A DNA stretch of 64,000 nt, taken from NCBI GenBank assembly GCA_029974275.1, contig JARKSN010000288.1:32001-96000 (forward strand). The letters are read 5' to 3'. Under the pieces are notes generated by a model that was not told the DNA's origin, did not search any database, and worked only from the letters and a program-made list of their open reading frames with translations. The DNA comes from Candidatus Hydrogenedentota bacterium (GTDB lineage: Bacteria; Hydrogenedentota; Hydrogenedentia; Hydrogenedentales; SLHB01). The position numbers and the translations under genes are program-made. Shown here piece by piece: positions 28,368 through 38,035 of the stretch (positions are counted from its first letter, which is position 1; each line of letters starts with the position of its first letter).

Positions 28368-29762
28368 ATGGCGATTCAGTTTTACAACACGTTGACGCGT
28401 CAAAAGGAAATTTTCGAGCCGATCGATCCGGGCAAGGTCGGGCTGTACACCTGCGGCCCGACGGTCTACAACTTCGCGCATATCGGCAACTTGCGAACGT
28501 TCACCTTCGAGGATTTGCTGCGCCGGCACCTAGAGTACCGCGGATATGCCGTCCGCCACGTCAAAAACATCACGGATGTGGAAGATAAAATCATTCGCAC
28601 CTGCCGCGAAACCGGCGAATCGCTGAAGGCCCTGACCACGCGCTTTTTCGACGCGTTCCTGCAGGACATCGACGCCATCGGCTTGTTGCGCGCCACGGAG
28701 TACCCGCGCGCCACGGATCACATCAACGACATCGTGGCGTTGATTCAAACGCTGCTTGAGAAAGGCTACGCGTATGAATCTGACGGCAGCGTCTATTTCC
28801 GGCTCGGGGCATTCAAGGATTACGGCAAGCTGAGCCACCACGATCTCGACGCCTTGAAGACGGGGGCGAGCGGCCGCGTGGATTCCGACGAGTATGCCAC
28901 GGAAGACGCGCGCGACTTCGCGTTGTGGAAGGCATGGGACGAAGAAGACGGCTCGGTCTTTTGGGAAACGGCCATTGGCAAGGGGCGGCCCGGTTGGCAC
29001 ATCGAGTGTTCGGCAATGAGCACGAAAAGCCTTGGCCCAACGTTCGATATCCATTCTGGCGGCATCGATCTGATGTTTCCGCATCACGAGAACGAGATCG
29101 CGCAGTCGGAAGCCGCGACGGGCAAGCCCTTCGTGCGGTACTGGCTGCATTGCGAGCACTTGATCGTCGAAGGCCGCAAAATGTCGAAGTCGCTCAATAA
29201 CTTTTTCACGCTGCGCGACCTGCTCGATCGAGGCTACGACCCGACGGCCCTGCGATATGTCCTCATCTCGACCCATTACCGGCAGCGCCTCAACTTCTCG
29301 TTCGACGCCGTCGAGGCGGCGAAGGAAACCCTCAATCGGGTGCGCGATTTCCGACTGCGCCTGCGCGCCGTGACGGGGGAAGGCCCCGATCTCATCGAAG
29401 AAACGACGCATTGCGAGGCAAAATTCGCGGCAGCGTTGGACGACGACCTGAATATCGCCGAGGCGATGGCCGCCGTGTTCGATTTCATTCGCGACACGAA
29501 CAAGCTCATTGATCAGAATGGCGTGAGCCTGCAGGGCGCGGCCAACGCGGAAGCCATGTTGGATCGGCTCGACACGGTCGTGGGCGTTTTCGGCATGCCG
29601 GCAGAAGAAGCCCCGGAAGACGTGCAGGCGCTGGCCTTGGAACGGCAAGCGGCCCGCCGCGCAAAAGATTTCAAACGCGCCGATGCAATCCGGGACGAAC
29701 TCGCCGCCAACGGCTGGATCATCGAAGACACGCCGGACGGGCCGCGGCTAAAACGATCGTAG
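28368..29762 (+). CDS. cysS: Cysteine--tRNA ligase
   Basis: YTCGPTVY..AHIGN, DFALWK, GRPGWHIECSAM, FPHHENE, KMSKS. Confidence 0.98.
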   Translation: MAIQFYNTLTRQKEIFEPIDPGKVGLYTCGPTVYNFAHIGNLRTFTFEDLLRRHLEYRGYAVRHVKNITDVEDKIIRTCRETGESLKALTTRFFDAFLQDIDAIGLLRATEYPRATDHINDIVALIQTLLEKGYAYESDGSVYFRLGAFKDYGKLSHHDLDALKTGASGRVDSDEYATEDARDFALWKAWDEEDGSVFWETAIGKGRPGWHIECSAMSTKSLGPTFDIHSGGIDLMFPHHENEIAQSEAATGKPFVRYWLHCEHLIVEGRKMSKSLNNFFTLRDLLDRGYDPTALRYVLISTHYRQRLNFSFDAVEAAKETLNRVRDFRLRLRAVTGEGPDLIEETTHCEAKFAAALDDDLNIAEAMAAVFDFIRDTNKLIDQNGVSLQGAANAEAMLDRLDTVVGVFGMPAEEAPEDVQALALERQAARRAKDFKRADAIRDELAANGWIIEDTPDGPRLKRS

Positions 29763-29910
29763 GAGAGGGAAAGCCTTTTTGAAAAAAGGTTTCCACCGGA
29801 CCTCTTTCCAAAAACTTTTTATGGGTACGCAGCGCACGCACAAGACCTTGACAGAATTCTCAGAAAGGAGTCTGGGGGAGCTTTTCTTTTCCAAAAAGAA
29901 TTTCTCCGGC
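29763..29910. repeat. Composite palindromic intergenic element (family A, copy 2)
   Basis: GGGAAAGCCTTTTTGAAAAAAGGTTTCC hairpin, CCTCTTTCCAAAAACTTTTT ... AGAATTCTCAGAAAGGAG, second hairpin GGAGCTTTTCTTTT-CC-AAAAAGAATTTCTCC. Confidence 0.65.
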
Positions 29911-29930
29911 AGACGTTGCAAGGAGATCCC

Positions 29931-31121
29931 ATGAAAGCGATCTACTTCGACTGCTATTCGGGCGCGAGCGGCGACATGATCCTTGGCGCATTGATCGATG
30001 CGGGCGCTGATTTTCAACGCCTGCGCCAGGGGCTCGAATCGCTTAAGGTGCCAGGCTACACGATCGCGATCGAACATGTGGCGAGGAAGGGCGTCAAAGC
30101 CTGCCAATTCCGCGTCGTCATCGACGAGACCCACGTGGCGCCACATCGGCGCCTGCGCCATATCCTCGAAATCATTGACGCCGGCGATCTGCCGCAGGAA
30201 GTGAAGACGGCGGCGGCGCGCACGTTCCAGCGCATCGCGGAAGTCGAAGCGGCGATCCACGGCACGACCATCGAGAAGGTCCATTTCCACGAGATCGGCG
30301 CCATCGACTCTATCGTGGACGTTGTCGGGGCGCATTTGGCCCTGCACGACTTGGGCGTTGATCGGGTCTATGCCTCGGCATTGCACGTGGGAAGCGGGAC
30401 GGTGCAGTGCAACCACGGCTTAATGCCCGTGCCGGCGCCGGCGACCGCGGCATTGCTGGAGGGCATCCCGTGTTACGGCGGAGACGTGCCGGGCGAACTG
30501 GTTACCCCGACGGGCGCGGCGTTGCTGGCGCAGATGGCAAAGCAATTCGGCCCAATGCCCGCAATGCGCATCGCAAAAATCGGCTATGGCGGCGGCACGC
30601 GCGATCTCCAAGATCGCCCCAATGTCCTGCGGGTGCTGGTCGGCGATCTCACCGAAGAAGCCGACCCGCACGATCGCATTGTGGTCATGGAGGCCATGGT
30701 TGACGACATGCAGCCGGAGCTTTTCCCGCCGTTTATCGCGGACGTGTTGACGGCGGGCGCCCGCGACGCGTTTCTGACGCCCGTGATCGGCAAGAAAGGC
30801 CGCCCGGCGTATGTAGTCACAATCCTGTGCGATGAGGAAAAATCGAGCGACATCACGCGAGCCCTATTCCACGCCACGACCACGATTGGCGTGCGCATGC
30901 GGACCGAGCATCGCGTGTGCTTGCCGCGCGAGTTGCGCGCCGTGCGCACGCCATGGGGCGCCGTGCGCGTGAAGGTCACCATGCTGGAAGGCGAGACTCA
31001 TACGGCCGCGCCGGAATTCGAAGATTGCCGCGCGCGCGCGGAAGAGGCGAAGGCGCCGGTGCGACGCGTGTACGAGGCGGCCTTGGCCGCGGCGCTGAAG
31101 GGGGAGTTCGAGCATGAGTAA
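29931..31121 (+). CDS. larC: Nickel-pincer cofactor biosynthesis protein LarC
   Basis: DCYSGASGDMILGAL, VHFHEIGAIDSIVD, HG.MPVPAPAT, ELVTPTGAA, KKGRP, PEFEDC. Confidence 0.93.
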   Translation: MKAIYFDCYSGASGDMILGALIDAGADFQRLRQGLESLKVPGYTIAIEHVARKGVKACQFRVVIDETHVAPHRRLRHILEIIDAGDLPQEVKTAAARTFQRIAEVEAAIHGTTIEKVHFHEIGAIDSIVDVVGAHLALHDLGVDRVYASALHVGSGTVQCNHGLMPVPAPATAALLEGIPCYGGDVPGELVTPTGAALLAQMAKQFGPMPAMRIAKIGYGGGTRDLQDRPNVLRVLVGDLTEEADPHDRIVVMEAMVDDMQPELFPPFIADVLTAGARDAFLTPVIGKKGRPAYVVTILCDEEKSSDITRALFHATTTIGVRMRTEHRVCLPRELRAVRTPWGAVRVKVTMLEGETHTAAPEFEDCRARAEEAKAPVRRVYEAALAAALKGEFEHE

Positions 31122-31602
31122 CCGCATCGCGATCTACCCTGGCAGTTTCGATCCGCCGACCAACGGCCATCTCGACCTGATCCATCGTGCGCACACGATG
31201 TTCAGCAAACTCATCGTGGCTGTCGCGCGCAATAACGAAAAATCCTGCTTGTTCAGCGTGGAAGAGCGCATCGACATGCTGCACGCCATCACGCCGGATC
31301 TGCCGGACATCGAAGTGACCTCGTTCAGCGGCTTGACGGCGCAGTTTGCCCGCGAGCGTGGCGCGGTCGCGCTGGTGCGCGGCTTGCGCGTCGTGTCGGA
31401 TTTCGAGTTTGAAATCACCATGGCAATCAATAACCGCAAGCTCAATCCTGATATCGATACCGTATGCCTGATGCCAAGCGAGAAATACTTGCTCTTGAGT
31501 TCACGGCTTGTGCGGGAAGTCGCCCAATACGGCGGCGATTTGTCCGATTACGTGCCGCCAATCGTAGCCGAACGCCTGCTCAATAAACTCGGGCGATCGT
31601 GA
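31114..31602 (+). CDS. coaD: Phosphopantetheine adenylyltransferase
   Basis: AIYPGSFDPPTNGHLD, RGLR..SDFEFE, SS.LVREVA..GGD. Confidence 0.97.
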   Translation: MSNRIAIYPGSFDPPTNGHLDLIHRAHTMFSKLIVAVARNNEKSCLFSVEERIDMLHAITPDLPDIEVTSFSGLTAQFARERGAVALVRGLRVVSDFEFEITMAINNRKLNPDIDTVCLMPSEKYLLLSSRLVREVAQYGGDLSDYVPPIVAERLLNKLGRS

Positions 31603-31701
31603 GGAAACGGCCTCGCGCAAACGCCGGAGCAACTCGGCGGAAAATGGCGCGCGTCATTTTCCCTCGTGTCCATGGGTGAACCAGGAAGGAAAGACCCCGT
31701 T

Positions 31702-34233
31702 ATGTCGTCGCCGCGCATTCATTTGATCTGCAATGCACACCTCGATCCTATCTGGCAGTGGAGTTGGGAAGAAGGGTTGACCGAAACCCTCGCAACATTC
31801 GAAGTCGCAGCAGACTTGCTGGATGAGTATCCCGAGTTCGTGTTCAACCACAACGAGTCGCTGTTGTATGAGTGGGTGCGCGACTATCGCCCCGCCCTCT
31901 TCAAGCGCATTCAGAAATGGGTGAAGGCCGGGCGCTGGATCATCTCCGGCGGATGGTACGTGCAGCCGGACTGCAACCTGCCGTCGGGCGAGTCCTTCGT
32001 GCGGCAAGCGCTTATGGGGCGTTTGTTCTTCAAGAAACACTTCGGGATCATGCCCAAGGTCGCATACAACCTCGATCCGTTCGGGCATCACGGCAATCTG
32101 CCGCAAATGTTGCGCAAGACCGGCTTCGAGACCTATGTCCACTTCCGTCCCGGTCCCGCTGAATGCCCTATCGACGGATTTGCGTATCGCTGGCGCGGCG
32201 TCGACGGCAGCGAGGTGCCCGCGTTACGGCCTCCGTGCGGATGGTACAACACCATGTCGCCGACGCAAGTCAACGACAAGATAAACGCGATGCAGGCTCT
32301 CCTGCAGGAAAAAGGCGTCGACGTCACGCTGTTCTGGGGAGCCGGCGATCACGGCGGCGGCGCGACCCGCGCCGACCTGGACCTGATCCGCGCGCGACAA
32401 AAACAGCACCCCGGAATCGTGCATGGGTCGCTCGAAGAATATGCCCAACGCCACCTCAAGCGCCTCGCCGCCGACGGCCCGCTGAAGGAGGGCGAACTGC
32501 AAAAATGCTTCACCGGCTGCTACACCAGCGTCATCGGCACGAAACAGCGCAACCGGCGCGGCGAAGGCCTTGCGCTGGCCGCGGAGCGCTATGCCGCGCT
32601 GGCGTGGTGGCTCTTGGGAAAACCCTATCCTGCCGAGAAGCTCGAGCGGGTGTGGAAACGCATCCTGTTCAACCAGTTTCATGACATTCTGCCCGGATCG
32701 TCGGTGCGCCCGGGCTTCCAAGGGTCCATCGAGATGTATGGCCACGCCTTCACCGAAGCCCGCGAACTCTTGCTCGAATCCCACCTGGCGCTGCTGCAAC
32801 GCCGCAAGAAACGCATCCCCATGCCGCTGTGCATTTTCAATCCAATCGGCGAGAGACGTCGTCGCCCGGTCGAGGTGGAATTCATCGGCGCCACGCACCC
32901 GCATTTGCTCACCGGGAAATCGTTTCGTGTGCTCGACAGCAAGGGGCAACATGTGCCTTTCCAAAAGGTCGCGCCGATCAGCTATATCGGCGATTGGCAA
33001 CCACGAATCCTTTTCGATGCCGACCTGCCCGCGATGGGAATGGCCGAATACCGTTTGGATCTTGTTGAGGGGCCATTGCCGAAAGCCAAGGCAGGGATCC
33101 GCGCAACGCGCAAAGGACAGCAAACGGCCTTTGCGACGCCGTTCTACACGTTGACAATGAACATGCGCACCGGCCTCATCGATTCGCTGGCGGTGCGCCC
33201 TGCCGCCGGCGGCCGCCCCAAGGAACTTATCCGAAAAGGCGCAGGCGCGCTCATCCTGCGCGACGATATCGTGGACGCATGGGGCGGCGGACAACCGCAT
33301 TACGGCAAAGTAGTCGGCAAATTCGCGTGCCCCTCCAAAACGGATCTGGCCGATGCCATCGGCGCCTACGACAGCCCCTGCGATGGCCCCGTGCGCATCA
33401 TAGAAGAAGGCCCGCTGGCGACGCGTATCGAGGTGATCCAGACCTACAAGCGATCGGTGGCGCGCATTCGCTACACCCTGTACGCCACGCACCCGGAGAT
33501 CGGCGTCGAACTGCTCTTGAACTGGTGCGAACGCAAACGCGCATTGCAGTGGGCATTCCCGACTACATTGGACGGAGACCAGTATGTGACGGAAATTCCG
33601 CACGCCGCCATCGAACGCCCCGTCGGCAACGGCGAGGAGCCGTGCGGACGCTGGACCGCTCTCCTTTCATCCGACGCGGCGACCGCGTTTGCGCTCGTAA
33701 ACGACGGACCTGGCGGCGTGGACGTACGCAAAGGCGAATTGCGCCAGTCGCTGGTGCGCAGCGCCCTCTTCGGCAGCGGCGGATCCAGCGTCCCCTTTGA
33801 TCGGTTGAGCGAACATATGGATCTCGGCGAACATATGTACAAGTTCTTCTTGCGCTTCGGCGACGCCCAAAACGTGCGCGCGGACCTGACAGGGCTGGCC
33901 GCGGATTTAACAATGCCCCCCGCGGCCTACATCCATATTCCAATCGGCGCGGCGGACGTTGATGGGCTCGCGGCGGGAACCGACACGGTGCGAGTTGAAG
34001 GCGACAATGTGCATCTTGCGGCGCTCAAACAGAGCGAGGACGGAAAAGCCCTAATCGTTCGTCTGGTCGAAACGGCCGGCGGCACGGCGCGCGCGAAACT
34101 TCGTGTGCCGGGCATCAAGGGCGGCGCAACGCTCGCGTTCACCCGATACGAAATCAAGACCGTGCGCATCACGCGTCAAAAAGGCGCGTGTTCGTGGGTC
34201 GAATGCGATTTGTTGGAACGGCCCCTGCGGTAA
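31702..34233 (+). CDS. Alpha-mannosidase, GH38
   Basis: NAHLDPIWQW (Zn site), QPDCNLPSGES..RQ, LDPFGH (nucleophile Asp present), GAGDHGGG, NQFHDILPGSS. Confidence 0.92.
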   Translation: MSSPRIHLICNAHLDPIWQWSWEEGLTETLATFEVAADLLDEYPEFVFNHNESLLYEWVRDYRPALFKRIQKWVKAGRWIISGGWYVQPDCNLPSGESFVRQALMGRLFFKKHFGIMPKVAYNLDPFGHHGNLPQMLRKTGFETYVHFRPGPAECPIDGFAYRWRGVDGSEVPALRPPCGWYNTMSPTQVNDKINAMQALLQEKGVDVTLFWGAGDHGGGATRADLDLIRARQKQHPGIVHGSLEEYAQRHLKRLAADGPLKEGELQKCFTGCYTSVIGTKQRNRRGEGLALAAERYAALAWWLLGKPYPAEKLERVWKRILFNQFHDILPGSSVRPGFQGSIEMYGHAFTEARELLLESHLALLQRRKKRIPMPLCIFNPIGERRRRPVEVEFIGATHPHLLTGKSFRVLDSKGQHVPFQKVAPISYIGDWQPRILFDADLPAMGMAEYRLDLVEGPLPKAKAGIRATRKGQQTAFATPFYTLTMNMRTGLIDSLAVRPAAGGRPKELIRKGAGALILRDDIVDAWGGGQPHYGKVVGKFACPSKTDLADAIGAYDSPCDGPVRIIEEGPLATRIEVIQTYKRSVARIRYTLYATHPEIGVELLLNWCERKRALQWAFPTTLDGDQYVTEIPHAAIERPVGNGEEPCGRWTALLSSDAATAFALVNDGPGGVDVRKGELRQSLVRSALFGSGGSSVPFDRLSEHMDLGEHMYKFFLRFGDAQNVRADLTGLAADLTMPPAAYIHIPIGAADVDGLAAGTDTVRVEGDNVHLAALKQSEDGKALIVRLVETAGGTARAKLRVPGIKGGATLAFTRYEIKTVRITRQKGACSWVECDLLERPLR

Positions 34234-34285
34234 AGGCTAAGATACGACGCAGCGACTGCCCATCGAATCCAGGAAACGCCGAGAC

Positions 34286-35461
34286 GTGACAACAGCAAAG
34301 CGAAAACAAGCCGCCGGACGCGGCGAAACGCCCCCCCCTTTCTTTGGCAAGGAGGTGCGCACACTCGTCGTGAAAATCGGCACGGCCCTGCTCAGCAACC
34401 AGCAAGGCTTCGACGGCGCCGTAATGGAAGGCATGGTCAAGGAACTGGCCGACCTCAAGAATAAACACGGCATCAACATCCTAATCGTGACCTCCGGAGC
34501 GGTCGGCTGCGGCATGCGCATACTCAACATGCAGCAACGCCCAAGAACCCTTCCGCTCAAACAAGCCACGGCGGCCATCGGCCAGTCGCGCCTCATGCAC
34601 TACTACGAAACTCTCTTCGAAGCCTATGGCGACGGCATCAAGGTCGGTCAGGTGCTGCTCAGCGCGCGTGAACTCGACGAACGGCGCAGCTACCTGAACA
34701 TCCGCAACACCGTGAAAGCCCTCTTCGATCTCGGATGCGTGGTGCCCATCATCAACGAAAACGACTCCGTCGCCACCGACGAACTCTCCTTCGGCGACAA
34801 CGATACGTTGGCCGCGCGCATCGCCGTCAAGATCGACGCCGACCTCTGCATCATCTTGAGCGATGTGGACGGGCTTTTCGACAAAAACCCCGCACGCCAC
34901 GCCAACGCCAAACTCATCCGCCACGTCCCCTCGATCACGCCGGAAATCGAAGCCCTCGCAGGCGGCGCGGCGGGCGAGCATTCCATCGGCGGCATGAAGA
35001 CCAAACTCGATGCGGCGCGCATCGCGTGCGCGGCAGGCGTTCCCCTGGTGATCGCGAATGGCCGCCGCAAAGAAGTGATTCATTCCGTGCTCGAAAACGC
35101 CGGCCCCATGACGACCTTCGGCAAGCCGCATCACTCAATGCCGCAACGCAAACGCTGGATCGCGTTTGGACGCACCGCGCGCGGCCAGCTCGTCATCGAC
35201 GACGGCGCCTGCAAAGCCCTATTGACCCAAGGGCGCAGCCTGTTGGCGGCGGGCGTCAAAGCCGTGAACGGCGTCTTCGACATGGGCGACAGCGTCCAGA
35301 TCATCGACGGGACGGGGCGCGCCATCGCGCGCGGCCTTGTGAATTACTCAAGCGAGGACATTGCTCGCATAAAAGGAAAAAAAAGCGCCGAAATCAAGGG
35401 CATTCTCGGCCGCCAAGATTTCGACGAACTCGTCCACCGCGACAATCTGGCGCTTTTATAG
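34286..35461 (+). CDS. proB: Glutamate 5-kinase with PUA domain
   Basis: VVKIGT, TSGAV, AAIGQ, PIINENDSV..FGDND.LAA, GGM.TKL.AA, C-terminal PUA ending HRDNL. Confidence 0.97.
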   Translation: MTTAKRKQAAGRGETPPPFFGKEVRTLVVKIGTALLSNQQGFDGAVMEGMVKELADLKNKHGINILIVTSGAVGCGMRILNMQQRPRTLPLKQATAAIGQSRLMHYYETLFEAYGDGIKVGQVLLSARELDERRSYLNIRNTVKALFDLGCVVPIINENDSVATDELSFGDNDTLAARIAVKIDADLCIILSDVDGLFDKNPARHANAKLIRHVPSITPEIEALAGGAAGEHSIGGMKTKLDAARIACAAGVPLVIANGRRKEVIHSVLENAGPMTTFGKPHHSMPQRKRWIAFGRTARGQLVIDDGACKALLTQGRSLLAAGVKAVNGVFDMGDSVQIIDGTGRAIARGLVNYSSEDIARIKGKKSAEIKGILGRQDFDELVHRDNLALL

Positions 35462-35622
35462 CCCTTTTTCCGCACGGACCGGATCGATCGCCCCCTCCCC
35501 GGAGAACGCACGATAAACGCGTCCGCGAATCAAAACAACCGTTGCGTCATTGCCTGCAGGCTCTGTTTCGAGATACCCTGTACGCGAGACAGGAAGCGAC
35601 AAGCTGCAAGGAAAGGTTCGCC

Positions 35623-36411
35623 ATGAATCTGCGTGATCTGGGACTCCGCATTCGGGCCCAACGCGAAAAGCGCGGCCTGAAACAGCAAGACGTCGCAAAC
35701 GCGCTCGGCATCAGCCCGCAGGCGGTGTCGAAATGGGAACGCGGCGAAAACGCGCCGGACATTGCCGTGCTATCACCGTTGGCGCGGTTGCTGGGCGTGT
35801 CGGCGGATTGGTTGCTGGACGATGCGACGGATCGGAAGGACGTGTTCGAAGCGACGGTGCTGGCGTCGAGTGTGCACGGAGCATACGAGCGGTCGTTGCA
35901 TATGGAGCCGCGCGATTTCGCGGCGTGGGCGAACGGGTTGTTCTTCACGCTGACGGACACGACGCAACGGTATGGCGGTGTGCCGATCAAGTATATGGGT
36001 GATCAATTCCTCTGCTTCTTCTCGGGACACGACCATGCGTCGCGCGCGGTGCAGACGGCCCTGCGCGCGAAGAGCATCATCGCCGAGGACCTTAAGATCG
36101 GTCTGAGCACCGGGCAAGTCTATCTCGGTTCGGTGGGCCACCCGGATTACGCGCGCCCAGACATCATGGGCGAGGTCGTGAACATCGCGTTCCTCACCCT
36201 CGGTTGGGCGGAAAACGAAACGAAGAGCGGCATTGCCGCCATGCAGGCCGTCCTCGACGCGGCGGACACGACTACTATCACGACCGTACGATCCAAAAAA
36301 GTGAGTTTCCGCTGCATCGAAAGACCGGTAGCCGTTTGCGAGATTGATCTAGCAACGCAAAGCAAAAAAAGTTTTGCCACAAAGACGCAAAGGAACAAAG
36401 GCGCAAAATAA
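35623..36411 (+). CDS. XRE-family HTH fused to a degenerate class III adenylate/guanylate cyclase domain
   Basis: N-terminal LKQQDVANALGISPQAVSKWERGENAPD HTH; C-terminal ATVL...G...S...P...NGLF...YGG..IKYMGD...IGLSTG.V..G.VG....DIMGE.VNIA cyclase pattern; AAGGAAAGG RBS. Confidence 0.85.
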   Translation: MNLRDLGLRIRAQREKRGLKQQDVANALGISPQAVSKWERGENAPDIAVLSPLARLLGVSADWLLDDATDRKDVFEATVLASSVHGAYERSLHMEPRDFAAWANGLFFTLTDTTQRYGGVPIKYMGDQFLCFFSGHDHASRAVQTALRAKSIIAEDLKIGLSTGQVYLGSVGHPDYARPDIMGEVVNIAFLTLGWAENETKSGIAAMQAVLDAADTTTITTVRSKKVSFRCIERPVAVCEIDLATQSKKSFATKTQRNKGAK

Positions 36412-36560
36412 GAAGGACTCTTGTTTGCATTATCTCTGCGAGGCTCTGCGTCCTCCGCGACTTTGCGTTGGGATATTGAACGCAGAGTTGCAGAGGACGC
36501 AGAGCCTCGCAGAGAAAGAGATATTGTTCTTCTTCTCCGTGTCTCCGTGGTGAATCTTAA
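36372..36560. repeat. Nested modular inverted repeat (family B)
   Basis: Inner 37-bp arms 36433-36469 and 36479-36515 (3 mismatches); outer arms GCCACAAAGACGCAAAGG ... CTCCGTGTCTCCGTGGTGAATCTTAA. Confidence 0.8.
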
Positions 36561-36580
36561 CCGTAAGAGGGAGAATGAAC

Positions 36581-38020
36581 ATGTCAGTCACGGTCGAAAA
36601 AAGTTTGAAGCACAAAGTCGCGGACATGAGCCTGGCCGAGTGGGGCCGCAAAGAGATCGACATGGCCGAAAAGGAGATGCCGGGACTCATGGCGATCCGC
36701 GAACGCTATGCCGCAAAGAAACCGTTGAAGGGTGCGCGGGTATCGGGGTCGTTGCACATGACCATCCAGACGGCCGTGTTGATCGAGACACTCGTCGATC
36801 TCGGCGCGGATGTGCGTTGGGCAAGCTGCAACATCTACTCGACGCAGGATCACGCCGCCGCCGCGATTGCTGCCGCGGGCGTGCCGGTGTTTGCGTGGAA
36901 GGGTGAGACGCTCGAAGAATATTGGTGGTGCACTGACCAGGCCCTGTGCTGGCCGGACGGTTCGGGCCCGAATTTGATCGTCGACGATGGCGGCGATGCG
37001 ACGTTGCTGATCCATCGTGGCTGCGAGTTCGAGGAGCACTTCGCGAAGCACGGCAAGCTGCCGGAAGTCTGCCGCGACAACAAGGAAGTCACGATCATTG
37101 ACGAACTGCTCCACAGCATCCACGCGCAAACGCCGAACCGCTGGCACAATGTCGTGAAGGGATGGGTAGGCGTGTCGGAAGAGACGACCACCGGCGTGCA
37201 CCGCCTCTACCAGATGATGCAGAAAGGTAGCCTGCGGACGCGCGCGATCAACGTCAACGATTCCGTCACGAAGTCGAAGTTCGACAACCTCTACGGCTGC
37301 CGCGAATCGCTGGCGGACGGCATCAAGCGCGCCACCGACGTCATGATGGCCGGCAAGGTCGTCGTCGTCGCGGGCTATGGCGACGTCGGCAAGGGCTGCG
37401 CCCAGGCCATGCGCGGTCTCGGCGCGCGCGTGATCATCACCGAGATCGACCCCATCTGCGCGTTGCAGGCGTGCATGGAAGGCTACCAAGTCACGACGAT
37501 GGAAGAGGCCGCGCCGCTCGGCGACATCTTCGTCACGACGACCGGTTGCTGCGACGTCATTCGCGGCGAGCACATGCAAGCGATGAAGGACGAGGCGATC
37601 GTGTGCAACATCGGCCACTTCGATTCCGAGATCGACGTCGCGTGGCTCGAAGCGCAACCGGGCGTCACGGAACTCAACATCAAGCCGCAAGTCGACAAAT
37701 TCATCTTCCCCGACGGCCATTGCATCATCATGCTCGCGCGCGGGCGTTTGGTGAACCTCGGCTGCGCGACGGGCCACCCGTCCTTCGTAATGTCCAACAG
37801 CTTCTCGAACCAGACCCTCGCCCAGATCTCGCTGTGGACCGAAAAAGAAAACTACGAAGTCGGCAAGGTCTACACGCTGTCGAAGAAGCTCGACGAAGAA
37901 GTGGCCGCGCTGCACCTCGGCAAACTCGGCGCGAAACTCACTCAGCTCAGCGAGAAGCAGGCCGCATATCTTGGCATTCCGGTCGAAGGACCCTTCAAGC
38001 CGGAACACTACCGCTATTGA
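36581..38020 (+). CDS. ahcY: S-adenosyl-L-homocysteine hydrolase
   Basis: [78 protein letters not shown] terminus. Confidence 0.99.
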   Translation: MSVTVEKSLKHKVADMSLAEWGRKEIDMAEKEMPGLMAIRERYAAKKPLKGARVSGSLHMTIQTAVLIETLVDLGADVRWASCNIYSTQDHAAAAIAAAGVPVFAWKGETLEEYWWCTDQALCWPDGSGPNLIVDDGGDATLLIHRGCEFEEHFAKHGKLPEVCRDNKEVTIIDELLHSIHAQTPNRWHNVVKGWVGVSEETTTGVHRLYQMMQKGSLRTRAINVNDSVTKSKFDNLYGCRESLADGIKRATDVMMAGKVVVVAGYGDVGKGCAQAMRGLGARVIITEIDPICALQACMEGYQVTTMEEAAPLGDIFVTTTGCCDVIRGEHMQAMKDEAIVCNIGHFDSEIDVAWLEAQPGVTELNIKPQVDKFIFPDGHCIIMLARGRLVNLGCATGHPSFVMSNSFSNQTLAQISLWTEKENYEVGKVYTLSKKLDEEVAALHLGKLGAKLTQLSEKQAAYLGIPVEGPFKPEHYRY

Positions 38021-38035
38021 AACCCCGGCGCTGCG

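Noticed and set aside
34735..35622. Apparent long N-terminal extension of the HTH-cyclase ORF (possible proB fusion or frameshift)
   Set aside because: proB is complete in another frame with its own stop at 35461, and ATG 35623 has its own RBS
36412..36580. SAH or SAM riboswitch upstream of ahcY
   Set aside because: No GAGGAGCG..TGC / AGGCTC SAH core or SAM-I core; the hairpin belongs to the dispersed repeat family
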